From: Caulobacteraceae bacterium
GTDB lineage: Bacteria; Pseudomonadota; Alphaproteobacteria; Caulobacterales; Aquidulcibacteraceae
DNA: 64,000 bases
NCBI GenBank assembly: GCA_031431115.1
Contig: JANPCV010000056.1
Coordinates: 26,132 to 90,131, forward strand
Reading direction: 5' to 3'
The stretch's first letter is position 1, and every line of letters starts with the position of its first letter. A program made the position numbers and the translations under genes. The notes beneath the pieces are model-generated. The model worked only from the letters and a program-made list of their open reading frames with translations. It did no database searches and was not told the origin of the DNA. This document shows, piece after piece, positions 27,162 to 35,767 of the stretch.

Positions 27162-27668
27162 TCAGTTGTAGCCGCTTTGGACCACCACCGAGATGTTGCC
27201 TTCGCCGCGTTGGCGGACTTCGACGTCCTGACCGTTGCCGATCTGGATGATGCCTGACGTGTTGTTCACGCCGTCTTGGTCAGTCACTGCGCGGCTGCCG
27301 TTCCCGATCTGCGCGACGCCGGCGACGTTGCCCCGGCCCGTCTGGATCGTATCGGCGCGCAGGTTGCGGCCTTCTTGACCCGTGGCGGAGAAGTTGTCGC
27401 GGCCGACTTGCGTCGTGGTGACGTGGTTGCGCGTCCCGTATTGGTCCATGCGCATGAAGTTGTTGTAGCCCTCTTGGACGCCGCGTGCGTAGTGGCGCCC
27501 GCCGCGTTGATTGACAACCGCGCCATTGCGATCACCAGTTTGAGCTGCGCCCGCAGCATTGGCGTAACCGGATTGGTTCACAACAGTGCGGTTTTGAGCG
27601 TGAGCCGCGCCAACACCCATGCTGGCGAAGAGAGCGGCGGCGGCGACGGCAGTCATAAAGCGTTTCAT
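27162..27668 (-). CDS. Curlin-repeat protein, CsgA-like (major subunit-type)
   Basis: Signal peptide ...GVGAAHAQ followed by 6.5 exact 22-aa repeats of N-x5-Q-x-G-x8-Q-x-G-x2. These are NRTVVNQSGYANAAGAAQTGDR, NGAVVNQRGGRHYARGVQEGYN, NFMRMDQYGTRNHVTTTQVGRD, NFSATGQEGRNLRADTIQTGRG, NVAGVAQIGNGSRAVTDQDGVN, NTSGIIQIGNGQDVEVRQRGEG and NISVVVQSGYN. Confidence 0.8.
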   Translation of the reverse strand: MKRFMTAVAAAALFASMGVGAAHAQNRTVVNQSGYANAAGAAQTGDRNGAVVNQRGGRHYARGVQEGYNNFMRMDQYGTRNHVTTTQVGRDNFSATGQEGRNLRADTIQTGRGNVAGVAQIGNGSRAVTDQDGVNNTSGIIQIGNGQDVEVRQRGEGNISVVVQSGYN

Positions 27669-27669
27669 G

Positions 27670-27760
27670 GTTCAAGCTCCCAAGTTCAAGTGACAGCGCA
27701 CCCTCGCCAGCGCTTGAACGAATGAGACGATGCCGTGAACGACCTGAGCGGCGTTTGAAC
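27670..27760 (-). repeat. GTTCAAG/CTTGAAC heptamer array in the csgA-like leader
   Basis: Plus strand carries GTTCAAG at 27670-76 and 27684-90, CTTGAAC at 27713-19, GTGAAC at 27735-40 and TTTGAAC at 27754-60. In mRNA sense this reads GTTCAAG-N22-CTTGAAC-uuGGGAG-CTTGAAC-c-AUG, so the copies bracket the SD. Confidence 0.6.
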
Positions 27761-27929
27761 AAGAGCTTCAGCGAGCAGTTTTTGTTGATTGATTTCAGCC
27801 GCCTCGCGCGCACGCGCGTGATGCCGATCTCGGGCTGAACCGGCGCTGAATGGTGGAGGCCTTTGCATCCAAGCCGCGCACCACACGCATCTGATCGGCA
27901 AGGCCCGCTCGGAGGGCCGGAGGACGAGG

Positions 27930-28589
27930 ATGGCGTCGCTTGAACTGAGGGGCGTAGGCAAAGCCTACGGCCGCAAACGCGTGCTTCAGGATATTTCCCT
28001 GACGTTCGAGCCAGGATTGGCGCTGCTCGTAGGGCCGAGCGGGGCGGGCAAATCAACGCTGCTGCGTTTGATCGCGTCTGCTGAGCGCCCAAACAGCGGT
28101 GCTATTCTTTGGAACGGACGCGCCGGGAGCGGGGCGTTGCGCAGAGCGCTAGGATATGCGCCGCAGGCTGTCGATCTGCCGGAGGATTTAACTGCGCGCG
28201 AATTTGCGATGCACATAGCGGCGCTCAAAGGACTGAATCTCGCACAGGCGGACAAACAGTTCGGCGCGATTACCGATGCCATCGGCCTGCACGCCGATAT
28301 CAACAATAGGATTGCTAGCTTCTCTGGCGGCATGCGCCGCCGTCTGATTTTTGCGCAAGCGTTGCTCGGCGAACCCGAAGTGCTGGCGCTGGACGAGCCA
28401 ACCGCAGAACTGGACGGTGAGACCGCGAGAAAGCTCAGCGCCTTGATCGTCGAGCGCTCGAAAAACGCCATTGTGGTGGTGACGACCCACCTGGCAGATG
28501 AACTCGCGCCCTCTGCACGCGCTGTGCTGCGGGTGGAGAACGGCAATGTCTTGTCGGCCCCCGGGATGCGGCTGGAGGACGTGGCTTGA
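27930..28589 (+). CDS. ABC transporter ATP-binding protein
   Basis: 219 aa with Walker A GPSGAGKST, signature FSGGMRRR and Walker B VLALDEPTAELD. Divergent from the curlin genes. Confidence 0.9.
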   Translation: MASLELRGVGKAYGRKRVLQDISLTFEPGLALLVGPSGAGKSTLLRLIASAERPNSGAILWNGRAGSGALRRALGYAPQAVDLPEDLTAREFAMHIAALKGLNLAQADKQFGAITDAIGLHADINNRIASFSGGMRRRLIFAQALLGEPEVLALDEPTAELDGETARKLSALIVERSKNAIVVVTTHLADELAPSARAVLRVENGNVLSAPGMRLEDVA

Positions 28590-29980
28590 GCGCTTCGGTG
28601 ATCTCCGCCTCGTCGTTCAGCACGTCGATGCTGCGCTACGGCCGCAGCCGCGCTCTGTGGCTCATGTTGCTCGTTGCGCCGATCGGTGCGCGTTACATGC
28701 TGCCGTTTGAGGATGGTGGCGGCATCAAGATCGCTGTCGGTGACGCGCTGCCGGTGATGACCTCGCCGTTCCTCGGCGTTTCGCTCGGCATCATCGTCTC
28801 GACATTGCTGCTGCCGATCGCGTGGCTTTATTTGCGCTCCAACACAACGCGGCGGCAGCCGTGGCAAGTTGAGGAAGTTACGGCGGGCTCGCGTGTGGCA
28901 ATCGCGCTCGGGCGCTTTGGGGCAGACGTCGGCGTGCTGCTCGGCATCCTCGCGGCGCTCAATCTTGCGGGGCTCTACCTTTCCACGTTCATGCTTCAGG
29001 GCGATGCGCTCAATTTGGCGGAGCTCAGCTTTGCCCTGTGGGTCGTCGCCGCGCCGGCGATGATTGGCTTGGCGGCACTGCGCATTCTTTTTGATACGCG
29101 ACCGCTGTTGCGCTCAGGCTTTGGTGACTTCGCGTACTTTTGCATTTGGATCGGATCAATCACGGCGCCGATCGTGACCGACAAGGCCGAGCCAAGCTTC
29201 GGCGCCAACATGTGGGACTTCGCGGGCTTCGTTACGCCGCTGAAGTATGGCGCGCCCGAGGGCACGGACAGCTTTTCGATTGGCGGCGGGTTTCTTGCCA
29301 CCGGTACGATTGATCTCGACGTCATGGCTGGGCTGCTGTCGCCTGGTTATCTCGAGTCGCGGCTGGCGTGGATCGCGATTGCTGTGGCGCTCGTCGTTGT
29401 CGGCGGCCTGATTTATGTGCCGCACAAAGCCAAGAAGCGAGCTGTGCTGACCGGCCGTCTCGGGGCCTTGCTGAATGCCGGGCGCCCGCCGCGCGCAATT
29501 CCGGACGCGCCAGCAGCGAAGCGTGCGTTCACGAGCGCGCTGAATTTGGTGACTGCCGAGTTTCGGTTGATTGGATCGGGCCGCGCGTTTTTGCTGCTGG
29601 CCACCGCCGTCGGCGTGATCGCGGCAGTGGCGCCAGATTTCCGGCACGCGTCAAGTCCGGCCGCCCTGTTGCTGCTGTTGTTTGCGTTGAGCGCGCACGC
29701 TGGGCGGGCAGAGGCGCATGGCTTAGTGGCGCTGACTAAGGTTGCAGCATTGGCGCCCATGGCTCGGCGCGCAGCATTCGTCGTGTCAGGCGCGTTATGG
29801 TCGACGTTGTTGGCGCTACCAGCTCTATTGCGGCACCCGCCGCTTGAGACGCTGGCGCTCGCGTCGGCTACGGGCGCTGGCGCGGCGTTCGTGGCGATCG
29901 TGCTTTCAACGCTAACGGGATCATCGTTCGCATCGCGCCTGGTGTTGCTCGTGCTCTGGTACGGATACGCGTCAACGTGA
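28586..29980 (+). CDS. Polytopic membrane protein (putative ABC permease partner, unclassified)
   Basis: 464 aa with about 10 or more hydrophobic helices. TTG/GTG start overlaps the ATPase stop (translational coupling). I recognise no family motif. Confidence 0.6.
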   Translation: MSASVISASSFSTSMLRYGRSRALWLMLLVAPIGARYMLPFEDGGGIKIAVGDALPVMTSPFLGVSLGIIVSTLLLPIAWLYLRSNTTRRQPWQVEEVTAGSRVAIALGRFGADVGVLLGILAALNLAGLYLSTFMLQGDALNLAELSFALWVVAAPAMIGLAALRILFDTRPLLRSGFGDFAYFCIWIGSITAPIVTDKAEPSFGANMWDFAGFVTPLKYGAPEGTDSFSIGGGFLATGTIDLDVMAGLLSPGYLESRLAWIAIAVALVVVGGLIYVPHKAKKRAVLTGRLGALLNAGRPPRAIPDAPAAKRAFTSALNLVTAEFRLIGSGRAFLLLATAVGVIAAVAPDFRHASSPAALLLLLFALSAHAGRAEAHGLVALTKVAALAPMARRAAFVVSGALWSTLLALPALLRHPPLETLALASATGAGAAFVAIVLSTLTGSSFASRLVLLVLWYGYAST

Positions 29981-30008
29981 GTTGCAGACGCCGCACTCCG
30001 CGCACCTG

Positions 30009-32810
30009 CTAGCCGCCGCTCGCTTCGCCCTTGGCGCCGCAGGCGGCGCACTTGCCGGTGTGCTCAACCGTGAAGTGGCCACAAGCGCCGCATGGCTCGT
30101 TGCGATAGCCGGCGGCGACCGGTTGAGCTGGCGCTGCGTCCTTGCGATCACGCGTGGCGCTTTCGACGACCGAGCGCGGTCGCAACATCACTAAATTGTC
30201 CGGCGAGGCGCCGCGAGCGAAGCCGCGGGAGATCAAGCGCGCCGCGCTCTCGGCGTCGGTGGCTCGTTTGGAAAGACCATCACCGCGCGCATCGAACGGA
30301 TCCACGTGCGCAAGATCGGTGCGGCCAAGATAGCTCACCGCCAACTCGCGGAAGATATAGTCGAGGATCGACGTGGCGTGACGAATGGTTTCGTTGCCCT
30401 TCACTTCGCCAGCAGGCTCGAAGCGGGTAAAGAGGAACGCATCGCAATACTCTTCGAGCGGCACGCCGTATTGGAGGCCAATCGAGATGGAGATCGCGAA
30501 ATTGTTCATCAGCGAGCGGAAGGCGGCGCCTTCCTTGTGGAGGTCGATGAAGATCTCGCCGAGCTCGCCATCATCGTATTCGCCGGTGTGCAAATAGACT
30601 TTGTGGCCGCCGACAGTGGATTTCTGGATGTAGCCCTTCCGGCGTTCGGGCAACCGGCGGCGTTCGACGTGAGCAGGCGCTTCTTGAACCTGCGTCGTGA
30701 CGGGGGCCGAGGTCGGTGCAGTCGCAGCCGCGGCGCGCTGCGTGTCAGCGTCGTCTTCTGAGGGCGCCAGGCTCAGCGCGATAGGCGGCGCTTCGGCGTA
30801 GATCGAGATCAGCGCTATACCTGCGCCTTGCGCGGCCTGCAGCAATGTTGCGCGTCGTGTTGCGTTGGCGAGGTCGAGCGTGAGATCGAGCGCCGTGTTT
30901 GCAAACGGCGCAATGACGGTCGCCATTGCCAACCGAGCGTCGACGCTCACGTCGCGGGCGAAAATCGCGCTGTGCTCTGCCTTAAGCCCCGGCGCGCCGA
31001 TGAGATCGATAGCGCCCAGGCAATAGGCCTCCGCGGCGGCGATTTCGCTTTCCGTGAAACCGAGCGTCATCAATAGATCGCCGCGCTTGCCGGCAGCGAC
31101 GTCCGGCGGAAGCTTCAGGATATCTTCGCAGACCTCCGGCCCGATCACGAGTGGGTGGACAACCGCGCGGATGTTGAATGCGTCTGCGGCGGCGTCTTCG
31201 ATCGCGTCGAGGGCGGGCTCGGTGAGACCGAGCTTTTCGAGACGATCGAGGCTCACGCCTGGCGCACCGCGCAGGGTGCGTCTGCCTTCGATGTGTTGTG
31301 CAATAACGGCGATCTCTTCGCCGTCGTACCCGAGCGCAGAAAGCGCGCCGCGAACATCGTCGCTGAGCAAACGGCCGAAGCCGCCGTCGTCACGCTGACC
31401 ATAGACCGCGATCGTTTGCGCGGGCGCCAAGCCGGGCGCCGTTGCGCCGATGGCGCGTGCGGTGGAAGCATCGTTGGCGAACGCAATCGAGACAGCGCAA
31501 CGCAGGCCCGCGTTCTTTGTGCCGGGCAAGGCGCGATAGATCGAGAGCGCATGTTCCGCGATTGGTCCTTTGAGCGCTCCGGTGGCCTCGCGCGCAGCCT
31601 TCACTGCCGCTTCTTCCTGCCGCTTTACGCGAGACCATTCGGGGTAGGCGCTCTTAGCGGCGGCCAGCGCCGCACTTTCCGAAATGGCGGCGGCGTGCGC
31701 GAGCGCGGTGACGCCGGCGGCGAGGCCGCGGCCTTCATCGCTGTCGTAGGCGACGCCAGCGCGCATCAGTAGTGCGGCAAGCCCCTCAAGCCGGATGAGG
31801 ATTGAGCGGCGCGGGGCGCCGGCGCCGCCATGGGCCGCGTCAAGCGCACGAACAAGCGTACGGACCGCGGCCTCGAACATTGTGATGTCGAATGAGCGCA
31901 CGCCCATGAAGCGCGGCAGCGCGATGCTTGCGCCGATGACGCTGCATTCGGCCTCCGAGCGCACCGCGCCAGTCGGATCGATAGCGCCATCCGCGAACGC
32001 GGTGAGTGCGTGCGCGCCGGCCTCTGGCGCGGCGATTGAGATGCGGCGATGGGTTGGATCAGCGCCTGCGTCGAGCGCGGCAGTGTAAGCGCCGCGTGCC
32101 ACTGCGCCCGAAAGTGCAGCGATGATGTCGCCATCGGGAGCGCCGGTGAGACGCGCGTTGGCGGCTTTGATTTGAACGCTGCCGTGCTCTGCGTTGAGCC
32201 CGTTGCGCACGGCTTCAATGGCGAGTTCAGCAAGCGCCGCATCAAGTGCACGCGCACCAGCTGCGAGCGCGGCGCCGGCGCGTGCGCGTGCGCCGCTTGC
32301 GGCGATGATCTCGCTGGCCGCATCACCGGTTGGGCGAATGAGGATTGCAGGGCCATCGCGGCCGATGGGATCGGCAATGCGTGCGGCTGCGTCCAGCGCG
32401 TCTAGCGCAGCTGCGGAAGGCGCGCCAGCGATGCCAAGCTTGGCGCCTGCTGCAAGCAGCGTTTGTGCGCGTGCGATGGCTTCAAGTTCGTCGCTACGTT
32501 GCGTTGGCCAATGGAGAAGCGCGGCGGAGATCGCGAGTTCGGCGCCGGCCGAGAGTGATGCGCGCATCAGCGGCGTGTCGAGCGCGACCAGGCCGCGCTC
32601 GAGAAGCTTCAGGATGTCTTTGCCGAGCGCGGGATCGTCCGCCCAGGCGCCAATGCGTTCGGCAGCGCGCTTCAGCGCCTTGCTCACGCTGAGGCCGGTC
32701 GGCGTTTCGAGGGCGATGCCTGACTCGAGGGCGGTTTGGACCATGGCGTCGGTCCATGCTTCTGGGGCTTCCGCAGCTGCGCGGATGTCTTCGTCTTGAT
32801 CTTGAGCCAT
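30009..32810 (-). CDS. Class II ribonucleotide reductase (NrdJ)-like protein with TSCPD-type C-terminal domain; catalytic motifs apparently degenerate
   Basis: The start is ATG 32810, with GGAGG 6 nt upstream. The C-terminus [64 protein letters not shown]...ATSILDYIF is the alphaproteobacterial NrdJ tail, followed by CGAC-x10-CAAC. The upstream 700 aa are Ala-rich with only remnants of barrel motifs. Confidence 0.7.
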   Translation of the reverse strand: MAQDQDEDIRAAAEAPEAWTDAMVQTALESGIALETPTGLSVSKALKRAAERIGAWADDPALGKDILKLLERGLVALDTPLMRASLSAGAELAISAALLHWPTQRSDELEAIARAQTLLAAGAKLGIAGAPSAAALDALDAAARIADPIGRDGPAILIRPTGDAASEIIAASGARARAGAALAAGARALDAALAELAIEAVRNGLNAEHGSVQIKAANARLTGAPDGDIIAALSGAVARGAYTAALDAGADPTHRRISIAAPEAGAHALTAFADGAIDPTGAVRSEAECSVIGASIALPRFMGVRSFDITMFEAAVRTLVRALDAAHGGAGAPRRSILIRLEGLAALLMRAGVAYDSDEGRGLAAGVTALAHAAAISESAALAAAKSAYPEWSRVKRQEEAAVKAAREATGALKGPIAEHALSIYRALPGTKNAGLRCAVSIAFANDASTARAIGATAPGLAPAQTIAVYGQRDDGGFGRLLSDDVRGALSALGYDGEEIAVIAQHIEGRRTLRGAPGVSLDRLEKLGLTEPALDAIEDAAADAFNIRAVVHPLVIGPEVCEDILKLPPDVAAGKRGDLLMTLGFTESEIAAAEAYCLGAIDLIGAPGLKAEHSAIFARDVSVDARLAMATVIAPFANTALDLTLDLANATRRATLLQAAQGAGIALISIYAEAPPIALSLAPSEDDADTQRAAAATAPTSAPVTTQVQEAPAHVERRRLPERRKGYIQKSTVGGHKVYLHTGEYDDGELGEIFIDLHKEGAAFRSLMNNFAISISIGLQYGVPLEEYCDAFLFTRFEPAGEVKGNETIRHATSILDYIFRELAVSYLGRTDLAHVDPFDARGDGLSKRATDAESAARLISRGFARGASPDNLVMLRPRSVVESATRDRKDAAPAQPVAAGYRNEPCGACGHFTVEHTGKCAACGAKGEASGG

Positions 32811-33018
32811 GGCTGGCCTCCGTGAGTCAGTGGCGACTCTACCTTCGATCCGGGCTCGCAATCAATATGTAGTAGGTCGGACCTCTGGATAACTACCGGA
32901 TATTGTTTCGGGGCTGCACTGGACGGGGAAGGCGACGCTCGTCATATTGCGCGCCGCCGACGGTGCGGGGTCGTAAATCGGCCCACAAAAAGCCCTCTGG
33001 GGAGACAAACAAAAGCCC

Positions 33019-33423
33019 ATGCTCAAACGGATTTTCACCTGGTGGAACGGCGCCACCTTGGGCGCGCTGTTCGATATCGGTCGACGCGGGGCTTTCGTGG
33101 GCGAGGACGAGCAAGGCAACAAGTATTACGAGGAGAAGCGGCCTTCGATTGAAGGCCGTAAGCGCCGCTATGTGATTTATAACGGGCTCGCCGAGGCTTC
33201 GCGCGTGTCGCCCGACTGGCATGGCTGGATGCATCATACTGTGTCGGAGCCTCCGACAATTGCGCCGCTGAAGCGTCAGAGCTGGGAAAAGCCGCACCAA
33301 CCAAATTTGACCGGCACCGTGAAAGCGTATCGCCCAAAGGGCTCGCTGGCGCGCGGCGGCGTTAGGCAAGCGTCAACCGCGGACTACGAGGCTTGGTCTC
33401 CAGATTCGGGGGATCAGCGGTGA
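33019..33423 (+). CDS. NADH:ubiquinone oxidoreductase subunit NDUFA12 family protein
   Basis: 134 aa beginning MLKRIFTWWNGATLGALF...GEDEQGNKYYE...RRYVIYNG...SRVSPDWHGWMHHT, the NDUFA12 signature. Confidence 0.9.
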   Translation: MLKRIFTWWNGATLGALFDIGRRGAFVGEDEQGNKYYEEKRPSIEGRKRRYVIYNGLAEASRVSPDWHGWMHHTVSEPPTIAPLKRQSWEKPHQPNLTGTVKAYRPKGSLARGGVRQASTADYEAWSPDSGDQR

Positions 33424-33902
33424 AGTTCAATTTCGAACGCTGGGGTGAAACAATTCTCGGCGCCGTAGTCGCGGCGGTGGCGGTTGGCTTTTTTGCGTTT
33501 GCAGCGGCGCAAGCCGGACAGAACACCACCGGCGGCGGTTACGACTTGCATGCGAGCTTCCAGCGCGTTGACGGCGTCGGCGTAGGCTCCGACGTGCGCA
33601 TTTCCGGCGTTAAGGTCGGTGTCGTGCGGTCTGTCTCGCTCGATCCCGCCACATACAATGCCGTGCTTACGTTCTCGGTGAACAACGGCATTGAAGTGCT
33701 CGACGAGTCCACCGCGCGGATCGCAACGGACGGCTTGCTTGGCGGTGGTTATGTTTCCATCGAGCCGGCAGGCATGGATGCGCTGCCGGCGGGCGGCGAG
33801 ATACCAAACACGCAAGGTTCGATTGACCTGCTGACATTGTTTGCCAGTTTTGCTCAGGGATCGGGGAATTCCGGGAGCACGACAGAGGAAGCTGCTCCAT
33901 GA
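33420..33902 (+). CDS. mlaD: MlaD-like (MCE domain) outer-membrane lipid asymmetry protein
   Basis: GTG 33420 overlaps the NDUFA12 stop (GTGA). One TM helix followed by an MCE fold (VDGVGVGSDVRISGVKVGVVRSVSLDP...YNAVLTF). Confidence 0.8.
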   Translation: MKFNFERWGETILGAVVAAVAVGFFAFAAAQAGQNTTGGGYDLHASFQRVDGVGVGSDVRISGVKVGVVRSVSLDPATYNAVLTFSVNNGIEVLDESTARIATDGLLGGGYVSIEPAGMDALPAGGEIPNTQGSIDLLTLFASFAQGSGNSGSTTEEAAP

Positions 33903-34267
33903 TGCGCTTTTTGACCGCTGCGGCGGTGATTTTCACGCTGAGCGTCAGCCCAGCTTTTGCCCAGCGCGCCGTTGTGCGTGGGCTCGATAAGATTACCGGT
34001 CATGCGCGCGATTACACGCTGACGCTTGGACGTCCGGCGCGTGTTGGGTCGCTGGAAGTTATCGCGCGTTCCTGCTCGAAGGCGGCGCCGGAAGAGACGC
34101 CGGAAGTGCGCATATTCCTACAAATTTACGATCACCCAGCAGCCCGCGAGGGCGAAGAGAGCGAACGCCGCCAGGTGTTCGAAGGCTGGATGTTTGCGTC
34201 GAGCCCTGGTCTCAATGGGCTCGAGCACCCAACGTACGACATTTGGGCGATCGACTGCCGCTCCTGA
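33899..34267 (+). CDS. DUF2155 domain protein (secreted)
   Basis: 122 aa with a signal peptide and LDKITGHARDYTL..G....GSLEV..RSC...PEETPE...FL.I, the DUF2155 pattern. Conserved partner of the preceding two genes. Confidence 0.7.
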   Translation: MMRFLTAAAVIFTLSVSPAFAQRAVVRGLDKITGHARDYTLTLGRPARVGSLEVIARSCSKAAPEETPEVRIFLQIYDHPAAREGEESERRQVFEGWMFASSPGLNGLEHPTYDIWAIDCRS

Positions 34268-34317
34268 GCGCCAAGCCTTCAGTGACAGCAGTGGCCGTTT
34301 CGCGCTAAGCGAACGCT

Positions 34318-35100
34318 ATGCGTATTCTCTGCACCAATGATGATGGCATCCACGCGACAGGGCTGGCGGTCCTGGAGAAAATCGCGCGTACGTTCAGCGA
34401 TGATGTTTGGGTGATTGCACCGGAGAGTGAGCAATCTGGCGCCTCGCGCGCGCTGACGCTCTCCGCGCCGATACGTGTGCGTAAGGCGGACGAAAAGCGC
34501 TTCGCCGTAACAGGCACGCCCACAGATTGCGTGTTGCTCGGCATAGAGCATTTGATGGATGCGTCGCCGGATCTGGTGCTCTCCGGGGTGAACCGCGGAC
34601 AGAATATTGCCGAGGACGTGACATTCTCCGGCACCATCGCGGGCGCCATGCAGGGCATGCAACTCGGCATCCCTGCGATCGCGCTTTCGCAGGCGCGCGG
34701 TTTTCGCGGCGAGGAAGCAAAAATCCCTTGGGAGACAGCTGAAGCGTTCGGGCCGGGTGTCGTCGGGCAATTGTTGAAACACGGCTGGCCCAAAGATGTT
34801 CTGATGAACGTCAACTTTCCGGACGCGCTTCCTGAGGACGTCAAGGAAGTGGAGGTCACCACACAGGGGCGTCGTGACCATCACATCGTCTACGCAGACA
34901 AACGCACGGATCCACGCGGCGGCACGTATTATTGGCTTGGATTTCGCGGAAAGCTCTCAAACCCGCCGCAGGGCACCGATATTCGCGCCATCTACGACGG
35001 TCGCATTTCGGTGACACCGCTGCACGTCGATCTCACGCACATGGAAACCGTTCACAGACTCAAAGGCGTGCTTGGCGGCGCGCCGCCAAAGGTGGAGTGA
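34318..35100 (+). CDS. surE: 5'/3'-nucleotidase SurE
   Basis: [13 protein letters not shown]...GVNRGQN...SGTIAGAM motifs. Confidence 0.95.
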   Translation: MRILCTNDDGIHATGLAVLEKIARTFSDDVWVIAPESEQSGASRALTLSAPIRVRKADEKRFAVTGTPTDCVLLGIEHLMDASPDLVLSGVNRGQNIAEDVTFSGTIAGAMQGMQLGIPAIALSQARGFRGEEAKIPWETAEAFGPGVVGQLLKHGWPKDVLMNVNFPDALPEDVKEVEVTTQGRRDHHIVYADKRTDPRGGTYYWLGFRGKLSNPPQGTDIRAIYDGRISVTPLHVDLTHMETVHRLKGVLGGAPPKVE

Positions 35101-35735
35101 ACGTGGATCCAGCGCGGCTCATGCGGTTCGTGTTGGAAATGCGCCAAGCAGGCGTCACCGATGCGCGCGCGCTTTCGGCGCTCGAACGTACGCCGCGCAC
35201 CCACTATGCGCCCGACCATCTGCAAGGTTTGGCGCTCGACGATGTTGGTCTCCCGCTCGCGCGCGCGCAAACGATGACGAAGCCGTCGCTCGTTGGCCGC
35301 TTCATTACCGCGCTTGCGCCTCAGCCGGACGACGTGGTGCTGGAAATCGGAACGGGCTCAGGTTTTCAGACCGCCGCTATGTCGACGCTCGCGAGCAAGG
35401 TGATCTCTGTCGATCGTTGGAATGAACTTGTGGTTGCGGCGCGCGGCCGCTTCGGCACCGCCCGTTTGATGCGAACGTTTGCGTTTCTTGGCGATGGCTT
35501 CGACGGCTGGGCCGATGATGCCCCTTACGACCGTATTGTGATCAATGGGACGATGGCGGACTTTCCGGCGCCTTTGCTTGAACAATTGAAGCCGGGCGGT
35601 GTGATTGTTGCGCCGTTGGGCGATGCGCAAGCGCAACGTTTGGTCCGGTGCCGCAACGGTGAACGTGAGGATTTGGGGCTGGTTAAGATGCAGCCGTTGG
35701 AGCGCGGACTCGGAGAGGCGCCTCCAGCGGCTTGA
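35097..35735 (+). CDS. pcm: Protein-L-isoaspartate O-methyltransferase
   Basis: The start is GTG at 35097 or 35103, overlapping the surE stop. Motifs are [13 protein letters not shown] and the PCMT fold, in surE-pcm-nlpD order. The upstream part of ORF 34932.. overlaps surE and is not coding. Confidence 0.85.
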   Translation: MNVDPARLMRFVLEMRQAGVTDARALSALERTPRTHYAPDHLQGLALDDVGLPLARAQTMTKPSLVGRFITALAPQPDDVVLEIGTGSGFQTAAMSTLASKVISVDRWNELVVAARGRFGTARLMRTFAFLGDGFDGWADDAPYDRIVINGTMADFPAPLLEQLKPGGVIVAPLGDAQAQRLVRCRNGEREDLGLVKMQPLERGLGEAPPAA

Positions 35736-35767
35736 GGGCCGCGCTGATTCTGGCGGAAGCTCTGGGC

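Noticed and set aside
27986-28867. 293-aa minus-strand ORF.
   Set aside because: It is antisense to the ABC ATPase and the start of its membrane partner, with Arg/Ala/Ser-rich wrong-frame composition.
32811-33018. Cobalamin riboswitch in the 208-nt region upstream of the NrdJ-like gene.
   Set aside because: I could not find a B12-box-like conserved core or the expected multi-stem architecture by eye. A covariance-model scan (Rfam RF00174) would be decisive.
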